DNA of 64,000 bases. It comes from the human T2T-CHM13v2.0 reference genome, Homo sapiens. Positions 1-14,563 of this stretch are shown here, one piece after another (the stretch's first letter is position 1; every line of letters begins with the position of its first letter). A model generated the notes under the pieces. The model worked only from the letters and a program-made list of their open reading frames with translations, had not been told where the DNA came from and searched no databases. The position numbers and the translations under genes were made by a program. The stretch lies in NCBI RefSeq assembly GCF_009914755.1, contig NC_060934.1, one strand, 5' to 3'.

Positions 1-61
1 TTGCGCCACTGCACTCCATCCTGGGCAACAGAGTGAGACTTTGTCTCAAAAAAAAAAAAAA
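1..61 (+). mobile_element. Alu 3' end with A tail
   Basis: gccactgcactcca..gcaacagagtgagact..tctc + poly(A). Confidence 0.92.
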
Positions 62-423
62 GATCTAAAGCACATTAATGTATCATGTTGCGAATCATAC
101 TTTCTCCCATTAATGAAGCCTTTTATTCTCAGACACTTGTTATACAGATTCATTTGTAAGCCCTTATGTCTTTTCCTCACTCTTTGTAATAACACAGATA
201 CATTCCACACACTCCCATTAAGATTTGTGAGAATTCTATCCTGTTTGGTTCTCCCCCTCATGTCCCAATTATTAGCTTATAATTTTTGTTTTTGAAGTTC
301 TAGGTGGCCTACTTAACTACACTTTTAGGTGAATTTCCCTCCATTTTTCTGGCCTATCTCTTTTTTTACCCTTGAGTCACTGGCAATTTCTTCACTGATT
401 TCCTTTTTCCTTCCTCTCAACAG

Positions 424-468
424 AAATTTCCATGCAGTATCGGCATGATGGAGCTTGCCCAACAACTA
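424..468 (+). CDS. MLLT10: MLLT10/AF10 coding exon A (45 nt, phase 1-1): (E)ISMQYRHDGACPTT
   Basis: Pyrimidine tract + CAG (421-423); GTAAGT donor at 469; peptide matches the recalled AF10 sequence and joins exon B in frame. Confidence 0.95.
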
Positions 469-1316
469 GTAAGTTGTCAAACTGGGTTGATAACCCGGGC
501 CTTTTGTCTCCTCTAGTGCTCTTTCTAGTATGTTATGCCACCTCGGAACCTCTAAATTTTAATATTCCAAAATGCAAGTTTTTCTTAATTGAACAGATAC
601 TTTTCTCCTGCAAAGATAATGTACTGCTTTGTCTTGTTATAGATCCATATTACAGTCAAGTTGTGTACAAATTTTAATTATTGTTGGTCTTTTAATATGG
701 TGCTTTTGTTGCAGAATTGTGACTTCACCTCCTTCTTGAAATAATGTGTTTATTTTTTTAACATTTTGTTTTCTATTCTTAATATAATTTTTCAATATTT
801 GTATATTTGCACTAGGTGGTTTTTTTCATTAAGTCTTCTACATGTGTTGAGGCTTTCTTATACTGAAGTCTAGGAAATGAGAATATTTGATAGGGTTAGA
901 TGATATAATGAGGTTTTTCTTTATAATAAATATTGTTAAGTGTGCCCTAAGGCAGATTTACCTATATAGATTTGCATCCTACAGTGACTCACTTTTAGCA
1001 AGACATTACGTTGACATAAATGTCTTTTAAAAAGTGATTTGAAATACATATTTATTACTAAGGAAATTATTGTCGTTATGACAATATACCTTAACATATC
1101 TCAATTTAGTTGGTAATATGTTGGCAAGTGGAATACAATATTTAAAAATTTATACCATGTAAAAATGGAGCCAAGCTTGCAGTTTTAATGATTCAAACAA
1201 TGATATATGATAGACTTACTGAAATTTTATTATACTAATTCAGTGTATGGCTATGTATTTCTTTTGTGTGTTTGAGAATGATCTTAACCTGAAGTCCTTT
1301 TTTCCTTACTTAAAAG

Positions 1317-1349
1317 CGTTCTCAGAGTTGCTGAATGCAATACACAACG
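1317..1349 (+). CDS. MLLT10: MLLT10 mini-exon B (33 nt, phase 1-1): (T)FSELLNAIHN
   Basis: ccttttttccttacttaaaAG acceptor; GTAAGT donor at 1350; in frame with A and with C or D. Confidence 0.93.
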
Positions 1350-2845
1350 GTAAGTTTTATTAGAATCTTCTCTAGTGGTTCGTTTATCACAAAGGTTGCC
1401 TTTTGTAGAGAATCTCGATTGAAAGCTAGCATGTTCTATTGATTAGATGAAATCCAGTGCTGCAGTGAGTCAATTGTTCAGCACCTTAGTGAAAAATTTT
1501 TGTAGATTGCCAATAAGAGGCTGATAGGTCAATATGGTTCATCAGTTTGGCTTTTATTGTTTCTTTTTAAGGCAAAATGATAATAGTGTTTTAAGTTTCT
1601 GAAAGTCTTTTTATTTTTACAAATGGTTTTTCTAGTTCTTTTGAGATCTCTCTTGCCAGTGCAGGTAATTATTGGTACCTAGGGGAAGAATTTGCTTGGA
1701 ATGTGAATTTTATTTTTTAGGGTTTGGGTTTATTAATATATAGAATACTTTAATTATTTTACCCCTGTATTCCACATAGTGAATAAATGGAAGATAGTCT
1801 TTTAAATTACATCTGGTTTGGGACCAGGTTTTTTACAGTGGAGTTGTATCTTTTGCTGCATTGGGTTCTGAAATCAGCATATCAGGCAAATACTATCTTT
1901 GTAATGTAATTATAGTGAAGATTATTCTTGCAAAAAATGTTTGAAGGTTTCTTCAGTTTCCCCAAAGAACATTCCTTAATCCTTTGATGTTCAAAAATTC
2001 TCGTTTTGAGGCTAGTGTCAACTTTGTTGATTTTCTTTTTCAGTTATTAACAGATCTCATTTGTTCGAGACTGTTTATGTTCGACTCATTTGTTCAAGAC
2101 TGCTTGATTCCAAGCAGTTTTTCAATACATTTTCATTAACTTCATGAAATCTTGCATATTTTGCTAATGTATTTTAATTTGCAGTCGATTTGTGTTGCGT
2201 TTGGGTTTTATTGTCAGATGTTTACAGTATCGACAGCCAACAAGAGACTAATGGCATAATGAGCAGGCATAGACACTCTTGTTGCCTTAAGGGTAGGGGT
2301 CGTTAGGGTGGGAGTCTTATCTTATAAGTTATTTTTTATTAATTAGTAGATTGATTCATAATTCTTGTCTCCCTATGCAACCTGTGCCTGCGGAAGCTTA
2401 GATAATGAATACTCTTGATAACAAGGAGTCCCTCAACACTAGGTATCTACAGGGAAAAGGGATTGGCAGCATCCTTGAAAATAAAATAAACTTGTTACTG
2501 TTATTTGGTAGAGAAGTGTAAAAGCTGAGGATGTTTAACATCATCTTCAGTTTGCATAAGTAAATTTAGAATTGTTCTTTAATTCTTTAATCCTGAACAT
2601 CTTTAGAAAATAAACTTGGGATTAAAAGAAAGTAGACATCATGGGAGCAATGTAATGGATTTATATTTTTCATTGCAAGTACAAGTGTAAGATTGACACC
2701 TAGTGAATGATGTTTACCCTGTGGGTGATTGAGGGAGAGTCTCTTAGGCTTCGCTGGAAAAATTTGTACAGTATTTTCTCTCCCCCACTGCCCCATCCCC
2801 AACAGTTAGCTTTTCTTTCGAAATTTTTTGTGTTTGGGGTTTTGT

Positions 2846-3268
2846 TTTTTTTTTTGAGACGGAGTTTTGCTCTTGTTGCCCAGGTTGGAGTGCAGTGGCG
2901 TGATATTGGCTCACTGCAACCTCCGCCTCCTGGGTTCTCCCAGGTGGACTCCTAAAGTGTTGGGATTACAGGCGTGAGCCACGATGCCCAGCCATACTCT
3001 TTTTACTTACCTAAGATGGATGGTTGGATTATTGATTGGAATCTTTTATCTTTATGAACATAGTCGTTTACAGCTATATAATTTTATTTTTTTTTCTAAC
3101 TTTTTATTTTTTTTTAGAAGCAAGATCTTGCTTTCTTACCCAGGCTGGTGTGCAGTGGCATGATCGATCATAGGTCATTGCAACCTTCAACTCCTGGTCT
3201 CAAGTGATCCTTCCACCTCAGTCCCCTGAGTAGATAGGACTGCAGGCGTGCGCCACCATGCCTGGCTA
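2846..3268 (-). mobile_element. Two partial antisense Alus (internally deleted AluS ~2846-2993; AluJ/FRAM-like ~3105-3268)
   Basis: Alu consensus segments preceded by T tails. Confidence 0.85.
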
Positions 3269-4411
3269 ATACATTATTTTCTGAGATTATATCAGTCTTT
3301 TATGATTTCTTTGATTAGTCCTTGATTGTTTTTTCTCACACTATTTTCTCCTTGACTCTCTTATGTACTCACTTGGAAAATCTGCATACCTACAGCTTCA
3401 AGTATCACCTATCACCTGTGCTTCTTAGCTTCCCAAATCGATGCCTCCAATTTAGACTTTTCTCCTGAGTTGCAGACTTATATTTCGAAAAACCTAATAA
3501 GCTTCATTTCCGTATGATACTCAGCCACCTCAACCAGACTTAGGCTAGGAAGTTAACTTCAACTCTACCCTCTCATTTTCCTAGTCATCATTTTTTTAAA
3601 AAGCTTTTTTCTATTATTGATCAGTTTAACTTCTTTTTCTTTTGTATTTCCACTGCCCCATTTGGTTATGTCCTACATTGTCATCTGAACTGTTTCAGCA
3701 AACTCCTAACCTTCATTCCATTATCCAGTCCCTTTTCTAGATGCTACTAGAATTGATGGTCAATCTAAAGTGCAAATCAGACCATGTCAAACTGTCTTAC
3801 TTAGAGAATTTTCTGGGACTTATGGGATAACATTTATACTCCTTCACATGGCATGTGGAGTTTTTCTTCATCTCGTTGTAATCTGATTCTCCAGTCTCAT
3901 CCCTTCTTCTCCCCGACTTTACGTTGCATCAATAGAAGCTACTTGTAGTTTCCTGATGTTATACTACTATGTGCAACATCTCTGACGTAGACCTTGTTTG
4001 TATCTGTTGGTGTGGACTTCCAACTTTATCTAGTAAAAGTAGTCATTAAAACTAAGTGTAGTTGCATTTACTTCCTGCAAAGTTTTTTTTTCAGACTCTT
4101 TGATAGAATTAACCCTTTCTCTCTTTTTTAATACTTCTGGGTTCTCATATGTGATGTTCTAATACTTCCTCCAATTGATTTCTACTCTTTCTCTGGACAC
4201 TTTTTTTTGTTTTTGTGAAATATATCTTAGTCATATTTATCTCACATTTGTGAAACTTCAAAAAAAAGCTTTCATTAGACAGTTGAAACTATGGATTATT
4301 TTCATCATTTATTCTAGCAACTGATGCATTTCAAAATGTTTTGAATAGGACTTTATAAAACTAAAATTTATTACTTCACAAAACTTATTCTGGAAAAATT
4401 AATACAAGTGA

Positions 4412-4799
<388 letters not shown>

Positions 4800-5791
4800 T
4801 GAAACAACTCTATTACTTTAGCAAAGAACCAAGTTACTATACTGAAAGAAACAAGACAGTCCAATACAAAGTTTAATTCCCAAAGAAAATTAACATATTC
4901 CCAAGAATATATATGGAACTTATTCTAGGAAAATGTAGCAATTAACAATTTTCATTCATTCAACAATTATGGCAAGCCTATTAGATGATGAGCTAAATAC
5001 TGACAAAATAAGATGAATAAAAGCCAACTTCTAAAATAAATTATTAAAGAACCTAGAAAATACTAGAGCAAAACCATCCCTGAGACATAAAGATGAAAAC
5101 TAGGAGGAGGATATGCTAGTTTTCAACTGGACTATAAAACTGAACTATAATCTTTTAATACATACTACTTGTTTCATCATTTTTACAAGCATTTAAAATA
5201 CTTCTATTAAGTGAAATAGCGAAATTAAACTTACAATTTATTAAGATCATGAAATCTCTTAGGCTGCTTCATTCCAGGGCACCACCACAAAACCAAACAT
5301 GAAATACAAGGCACTTTCTTTTATAGGCATCGATTTAAAGTTAATTCTCCATATAGTATTCTTTAAGATATTTAAATGACTACTTTCCCTTTCCAAACTG
5401 CCTCAAAAGTTTCTGAAATTTCCTGAGACTTTTACGTAATATATCTTTCCTTACTTTTCTGTTTCCTTTTTCCTTTGTTGGGACAATAATTTTAATATTA
5501 TTTCTTCAATTTTTAAATTTCTTAAATTTCTCTGATCATATGCAGTTTATCCTGGTGGACCTAAATTGGTGTTTGAAATTGGTTAGGTGTTTTCCTAAAG
5601 TACTTTGCTTTGTATCAATATTATTCTTAATTCCTTACCTGAAAACACCAATTTCAAAAGTTTATGAAGTTATTTCACATACCCAAAAGAACCGCCTTCA
5701 TTAAGTCCTAAGATCCTCTCTGAGAAAGAACAAATGAAGACATATGCTTTAAACTCAATATCTATGACTGTAAATATATAATATTTCCTTG

Positions 5792-6095
5792 GGGCCGTGC
5801 ATGGTGGCTCATGCCTGCAATCCCAGCACTTTGGGAGGCCGAGGTGGCAGATCACTTGAGCTTAGGAGTTTGAGACCAGCCTGCTCAACATGACGAAACC
5901 CCTTGTCTACTAAAAATACAAAAATTAGCCAGACGTGATGGTGCGTGTCTGTAATCCCTGCTACTTGGGAGGCTGAGGCAGGGAGAATTGCTTGAACCCA
6001 GGAGGCGAAGGTTGCAGTGAGGTGAGATCGCGCCACTGCATTCCAGCCTAGGTGACAGAACAAGACTCTGCTTCATAAATAAATAAATAAATAAA
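5792..6095 (+). mobile_element. AluS with (TAAA)n tail
   Basis: Full dimeric Alu consensus. Confidence 0.93.
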
Positions 6096-7144
6096 GTACC
6101 AAAGAGCTTACTTAGATCAGTTTTCACAGCAGTATATTGCTAATTGAGTTCCAAGTCCCACTTATTGCACTTTTAAATTCCCTTTAATTATGATGCTTCT
6201 GGTTTGAGACAACTGCGCTCACTAAACAAATAGGGTTTGTTGGAGGAGGTAATGTTAACCAGTTATTCATATAGGTGCTGTAGGATGAGTATACGTATAA
6301 ATGCCAGTTGATTTTAGAGGTGAACATTCTCCCTCAAGAACAGGGTTCTACTTAGGCTTGTCAGACTAGTTTATAAGAAACTGAATTTTTGTCCTTCATA
6401 TGTGTCCCTTTTTTATTTCAGGGAAGCATTAAGTGGATAGGATTCCATGAAGTGGGATGAGTAATACTCAGGCTCATATAATTGTTCCAAAGCCAGTATC
6501 ATTTGAGATTCACTGTGTGTAATGAGATATTACTGATGGGGGATGAGTTGTCACTGTGAGCAGTATGGAGATTGAGAATCTAGCTCATTCTAAATTTAAT
6601 TTCCTTTTAATCACAACAGACATTTTTTCTTCTTATGAGTTAGTGTGTTCTTTATGCTTATACAGTAAACTGTCACATCCTAGGATACAACAAGTGCTAC
6701 GAAGTTTGTTTCAATGCACACAAACTGTGAATCACTTGGTAAGGGATAATTAGGTTAAAAAAAGGGGAAGGGAACTAGGCCTTGGGCGTAGTAAAGAGCT
6801 GCAAAGCACATTGGTTTAGGGGGTTGAAATGAAATTCTAGAGAAAGGCACCTGACCGTTAGTAAACCTAGACCTTAGAATTGCTGTCTTGAATCAGAGAA
6901 ATGGTAAGGAGCTATGATGAGTTTGTGGGAGACAGAACACATGATGAAATAGTATGAAATCTTATGGGCAGGGTTGTGATTATGCCTGTGTAGGAAAGAA
7001 TTTGACTAATTTAACACAGCCTTTATAATAAGGTAGTATAAGACATGTACTTATAGGTAAGACTTTTTCCATTTCAAAGTATCCAGGCTATTTTGTTGCT
7101 CTTGGTTCCTTGAAGATAGGCTTCAAAGACTCTTAAGGGATAAA

Positions 7145-7234
7145 CACATTTGGCTGGTGAGTCCCCCACTGGGGAGAAAAAGTAGTTTTCACATTTGGCT
7201 GGTGAGTCCACCACTGGGGAGAAAAAGTAGTTTC
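7145..7234 (+). repeat. 45-bp tandem duplication, 2 copies, 43/45 identical
   Basis: cacatttggctggtgagtcc(c/a)ccactggggagaaaaagtagttt(t/c) at 7145 and 7190. Confidence 0.95.
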
Positions 7235-7582
7235 CAGTATCCATGTTAACTTTTATAATGGAAAATGAATCTACACTCTTTCATTGAAACTGCAAGAGGG
7301 GTGGAAGCTGAAAAGTTCCAACTGAGTGAGGGAAGCAGTACAAATGGGAATGAGTTGTGTAATAATTACTTTTAAATTAACTGGTAATGCCATTACTACT
7401 CTCTTTATTTAGAGCACTGCAATTTTTTAAATTTACATAGGTTTCATGGGGATTTTAACCCTGATGATCCACCCCCACACTGCACCCCATCATAATATCT
7501 TCAGTTTTTCAACTTGTCTGTCATGGTGGTTTTTAGGAAGTGGTGATTAAAAATCTGAAATTAAAGTGTGTCTTTTCTTTAG

Positions 7583-7630
7583 ACAGAGGTGACAGTTCTA
7601 CACTAACAAAGCAAGAACTTAAATTCATAG
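7583..7630 (+). CDS. MLLT10: MLLT10 alternative cassette exon C (48 nt, phase 1-1): (D)RGDSSTLTKQELKFI
   Basis: tcttttctttAG acceptor; AG|GTATGT donor at 7631; frame-preserving; matches a 16-aa insert I recall in one AF10 isoform. Confidence 0.88.
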
Positions 7631-8638
7631 GTATGTACCAAACTCCAGCATGGTTCTAAACATAATAGTGTTAAATTAATCCTATTGTAGCTTGGAAACC
7701 TTCCCATACAAACCAGTGTTAGCAGTATGTACTCATAAAAAAAAAATGATGCCTGAAAGGAATTATCTATAACCTTGGGTGGTAGGTGGGATGAACTATA
7801 TGTTCTTATTGTTGTAGTTATTTGGATTTGTCATATTGCTTCAGACTTGGTAGGTAGATCTTAGAATTCCTGAAACTGTTTACTTGTAAGGGCCTAGGCT
7901 CCTAGGTCTGATTTTGTGAAGACCACTTTGTACACCTGTGTCCCTTCTCACACTGAGATCAGGAAGAATATGAGAACATATTTCATGTTTTATAATCATG
8001 ATAACTCTCTGATTCTTTTAACATATATCTCAAATACTCTGGATCAGTTCAGAGAGAACATGTGTATTCTGAACTACAGAGTGAAATCCACTACTGTTAA
8101 CCACTTGAAGTATGCATCCACTCATTTCCCTCCCCTACAAACCTCATTTTTAACATGCTGATAAAGCTAATTTTATAGGCTGTGAGTATCTTCAATATGG
8201 CACTTTCCTTCTTGAGACTGTCTTAGCTTTTTATCATTTGACAAGAATATATTAGGTTCTTTCTTTATGTCTATATGTAAGGTCCTGGTTAGTTGCTTTG
8301 GGGAAATAAGTATACTGCAAAAGATAAATGATGCGGCACATGAGTCCTCCCTTTGAGAACATACACTCTAAAAGGAAGAGAAATACATATATGTAATAAT
8401 TTCAAGGGATGTACTTACAACTTCTTTAATGGTCAGTAGGAGTTCAAGGCCAGGGAAAATTGCTTTCAGCTGAAGGAATGAGCTATTCAGATAATGTAAC
8501 GTTTGACCTGATACTTAAAGAATATGTAAAATTTTGTTATTTGGAGATACAGGGATCAGAGCTAGATTCTTAGTCTGAGGTATGTACAGTTAGCATGAGC
8601 AATGGCATAGAATGAGAATACACAGGCTGTGTAAAGTA

Positions 8639-8675
<37 letters not shown>

Positions 8676-8686
8676 GCGTGTGTGTT

Positions 8687-8723
<37 letters not shown>

Positions 8724-8755
8724 TTTTTATATATATATATATATATTTTTTTTTT
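8639..8755. repeat. Compound microsatellite (TA)n-(TG)n-(TA)n-(CA)n-(TA)n-Tn
   Basis: Read directly. Confidence 0.97.
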
Positions 8756-10968
8756 CTTGGCATGTTTTACCTCCAAGATACTGATATTTGATATGAAAAA
8801 TAACAACATTAGCTATTAGTCCAAGGAGTTGAAAGCAGTTGGTGTTGAGTTGGAAAAAAGATAATCAAACCTGTACTTTAGGAAGTTTCAACTGGTGGGT
8901 AGCATGTAAAAAGATGGAAAAGAGCTAATGCTGAAACAGAGTAACCCAATAGTTTTTTGTTACAATCTAACCAAATTTATTGATGGCCTGAATGAGGATC
9001 CTGGAAGTCAAACTGATGAGATGTGTATTACCCAAGAAGAACTGGTAATGACAGTAGCTGGAAAGGATGGGTATTCATTTACTAACACAATATTTAGGTA
9101 GAGATGTTTAGCACAGAATTAAATAGAGCTTGGGCACCAAAGAGAATTGAAACTAGGCCACTTAGGGGGTAGTAACTGAAACTCTGAGACTAGTATAGGC
9201 TGAAAAATGTGGGTAGAGAAGACAGAAAGAGGTTGAATCAGGTTTATTTTAAAATAGTGAAGTCTTAATAGGTAGAAAGGAGATTAAGGATTAAGATTCA
9301 AGGAGTGATATTTCATAGATCAAGAATCTGGAGCAGATGGGAAGAGATCAAGTGAACATGTAGAAAAATTAAGTTTGAAGGAAGACAGAGAATCACTGTG
9401 GAAACATTCACTGTCAGAAAACCCCCCACCAAACCAAATTAGTTTTCTAAAACCTTCATAATTTGAATTAATGAATTTTTAAATTATTAGAAATTTTAAA
9501 AATAGATTTCCCCCCAAAAGAACTGATTCTTTCAGGTATGTGTAGTAACTTGAATGTGTTTACAAAAGCGTTTTCTTTTTAGTGTACTTCAGAATAGGGC
9601 TTTAATGATTAAATAAGAGTATTAAATAATACTTAAATATGCAACGGTTATGCATCTGAGCGAGTTATTTTATTTTAAATTCTCAGTGTCGCCTGAGAAG
9701 TGATCTCTTTCCTCTCCTCTTGTATTTTTTTGTCCGAAATACCTCTGTCCTGGAGTTACTGTTTGTGCCTGCCTGTCTGTCATTTTCTCTGCCTATTCCT
9801 TAACTATTACATAAATCACCAAGTGCTGCCTTCTGAACATTTTTTCTAATTTACTAATTTGAGGCTTTCTAGACATGACTTTTGTATTTAATTTTTCTTT
9901 ATCGTTTTCAAAACTCTTCTTTTGTGTTGATTCAGGTCCTTATCATCTCTTGCACAGATTATTCTAATATCCTCTTTTTTACTTTTGTCAGTATACCTAG
10001 AGTTCATCAAATGGGCTTACTCAAGCCAGAATCTCAGAAATGAAGGTAGGGAAGAATGTCATTTAATCATCTATGATTTAAAAATAATAACTGCCAAGAA
10101 TGCCAAATGTTGCTTATCTTATTCTTCCTTACGGTAATCTTCTTGGGAAAACAAATTATAATTGGAAAGTGCTTGCTTAGTGAATCGGACATCAGAATAA
10201 AGGCAGTTCGATCATGTTTAAATATTATCATCATCTTGATAATACTTTTTTTTCTCTCTGTGTAATGTATTTCACTACTTTGCAGCTTCCTTTCACATTA
10301 ACTTCTGGTCCTGCATTTGCAGAAACTATGTCCCAATCACCTTCATTAAACCTGGAGTTGTAGACCATGTCCTTGGTGGGCTGTTTCTATAGATGACTGA
10401 TATACTTGTTTCACACTCAGAGGGTCATTTTATTTCAGGATCTCTTGATATATACATATGGATATATATCTCTGGATATATGTATGTGCCCATTCCTAAC
10501 AGAATAGTATATTTATGTAATAACAGCTAGGTATTTGGAATTTTGCTTCTCATACTTTTTTCCATCATGCATGCATTAGGAGCAACTAATATTTTTATTT
10601 CAAAGGTGTATCTGAAAGCTTATAGCTTTGGCTTAGGAAGCCAAAAACTTTATTTCATGTTGCCAATAATAGAAAATCTGATTTTCCACCCAGATTAGGT
10701 CTTTTATGGAACTGTAGAGAGAAAACAAATCAGCATAATAAACATAAGACATGAGGGAAGATAGTAGTAATTTGAAACAAAATTTAAAAAGAAAGAAATT
10801 TTATATATTCAGCTATATTTTATAATAGTCAAAGCAAGGAACACAGTAAAGGGGTAATAACGCAATGGTTACAGCCAAGGAAAAGAATAATAAATGGGTA
10901 AATCAGATGAAGAAAACTTCCTAGAAAGAAGGAAAGTACCAATACTGTGGTGCCAGGGACTTAATAGA

Positions 10969-11871
<903 letters not shown>

Positions 11872-13127
11872 ATAATGGTTATATTAAAATCACTGGTTCA
11901 AGAGTATTGTGTTTTCTTGTCTCTGTTTTCTAAAAATGAATGTGGCCATTCTTTTATGTTTTTATTTAAAACAAAAATATTCATGAAGAAAGGCAAATTA
12001 TGTTGATAACCACCATATCTGATAAGATTATGTTCTTCATTTTAGTTGATACTTTTTCCCCCACTAAATCTTTCTTTTAATCTTTTTAAAGAAACAGAAA
12101 AAAAAAATCACTGTGTAGTATGTATGTTTCATGATGCTTCTCGTTTAGGCTTATGATTGTACTCATTTAGGTGTGCCTCATCTCTTAGCTGAAGTACTCT
12201 CCTTCATTAACCTGATGACTCATATTTTTATACTTTATTTGAGCTTAGTGTTTATAGAGAAAAAATCACCCCATGTAAAAATTCATATCATTCATTGATT
12301 CATAACAATTGCAGCTGACATTTAAATTGCTTTGCAATGTTAATATACTTCTCTAGGAAACTTACTTTTTGCTATGCATGTTTAATATGTATACATTTAA
12401 CTCCTCATACTCTTCCTTTGCTTTCCCTGTACTCAAGATATTAGATGTCTTTCCCAGGGGGAAAAAAAAAAACCTTATTTTAGTTTCCTGACCGTCTTTT
12501 TGTCACCATCTCTTATGTTTTCATCAATCGTGCTCTTAGTATCTTTCCTCTTGAAAACAACCCCTCCACAGAGAAAAAAAAACCCCAATTTACTTATTCC
12601 TATTTGTGCGCCTACCCCTGAAACTGTTCTACAAGCACACACTCGTTTAAGATCATTTGTTTATTTTTGTGATATGTCTATGTATGACTTAAGTCTTCCT
12701 TGGACTTAACTGTGCTTCCTGATTGAGAGAATTCATGCGTTTCACCGATTCCCTACACAGTCTTAGCCATTATATTTCAAAATACAGCATCTTACCATTC
12801 TCTCCATTCTTTCTTCTGGAAGTTTTGTTAGGCATATTTGGATTTGAATACTGCCCTTAATGTTCTTTAAGTTTTTGTAATTTCCATTTTTTAAATCTCT
12901 CTTTTATATCTGAGTAATTTGTTTAGATGTTTGTTTTTGTTCACTAATCATCTCTTTAGCTGTGTTTAATTTATTGTTTTATTAGACTATTGAGTGAAGA
13001 ATTTTAGTGAACATGTTGTTTTCAAGTTTGAATTCTTTGAAGTCTCTTTTAAAATGAATGTAGTTTGGTTTTCTGTTTTTCTTTTTAAAAAAAGAGCTGC
13101 GTAGTTCTTTTCCCACATCCGAAAATA

Positions 13128-13780
13128 TTTTTATTTTGAAGCAATCTCAAACTCATGGAAAAATTGCAAGTATAGTAGAGAGAACTTTGTTTTTCTGAGC
13201 CATTTGAGAGTAAGTTGCGCACCGTATCCCATCAGCACTGAATACTTATGTATTTCTTACAAACAAGGACATTCTCCTACAATATCACAGTATAGCTATT
13301 AAGAACAGAAAATTAACACTGCTATATTACTACCATCTAGTTTTCAAATGCCATTCAAGTTTTGGCAGTTGTCAATGTTTTTGGAGATCACAGCGTAGTT
13401 GTTTTGGATTTTATTTTTCATTACTAAATTCAGATTATGTTTTGGGGGGCAGGAATTTTATAGAAATTATCTTTGCAGTGCATATTATCAATAACACATA
13501 ATCAGGCTTTCCCAATGTAAAGGTTTTCTTTCCCCCTTTACAATTAGTAATTATTTTGTGGAATAAATTGTGACACTATATGTAATATTCCATTCCCCAT
13601 CAGATTTTCAGTTTATATCAGTATGTGTTTAAGGATTCCTGTGGGCTATAATTTATTATTCATGATTTATTGTGATGCTGAAAATTGTTCAGGTTAGCCA
13701 GTGGGAGCCCCTTTGAGCTGGCTCTCTGTTCTGTTGACATATCCCTGTTATTCTTTGAATGCTTCCTTACTTTCTGGCAC
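13128..13780 (-). mobile_element. Ancient L1 (L1MC/ME-like) 3' fragment
   Basis: ttttattttgaagcaatctcaaactcatggaaaaattgcaag resembles the antisense 3' end of old L1M subfamilies. Confidence 0.6.
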
Positions 13781-13786
13781 TGTAAG

Positions 13787-14563
<777 letters not shown>

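Noticed and set aside
5670-5722. Kinase-like Gly loop (LNEGGSFG) on the minus strand
   Set aside because: Followed by a stop within four codons; no other kinase motifs.
7145-7234. CRISPR-like or minisatellite array
   Set aside because: Only two abutting copies, no spacers, eukaryotic intron.
7582-7599. RGDS integrin-binding motif in exon C
   Set aside because: AF10 is nuclear; a short motif is expected by chance and there is no secretion signal.
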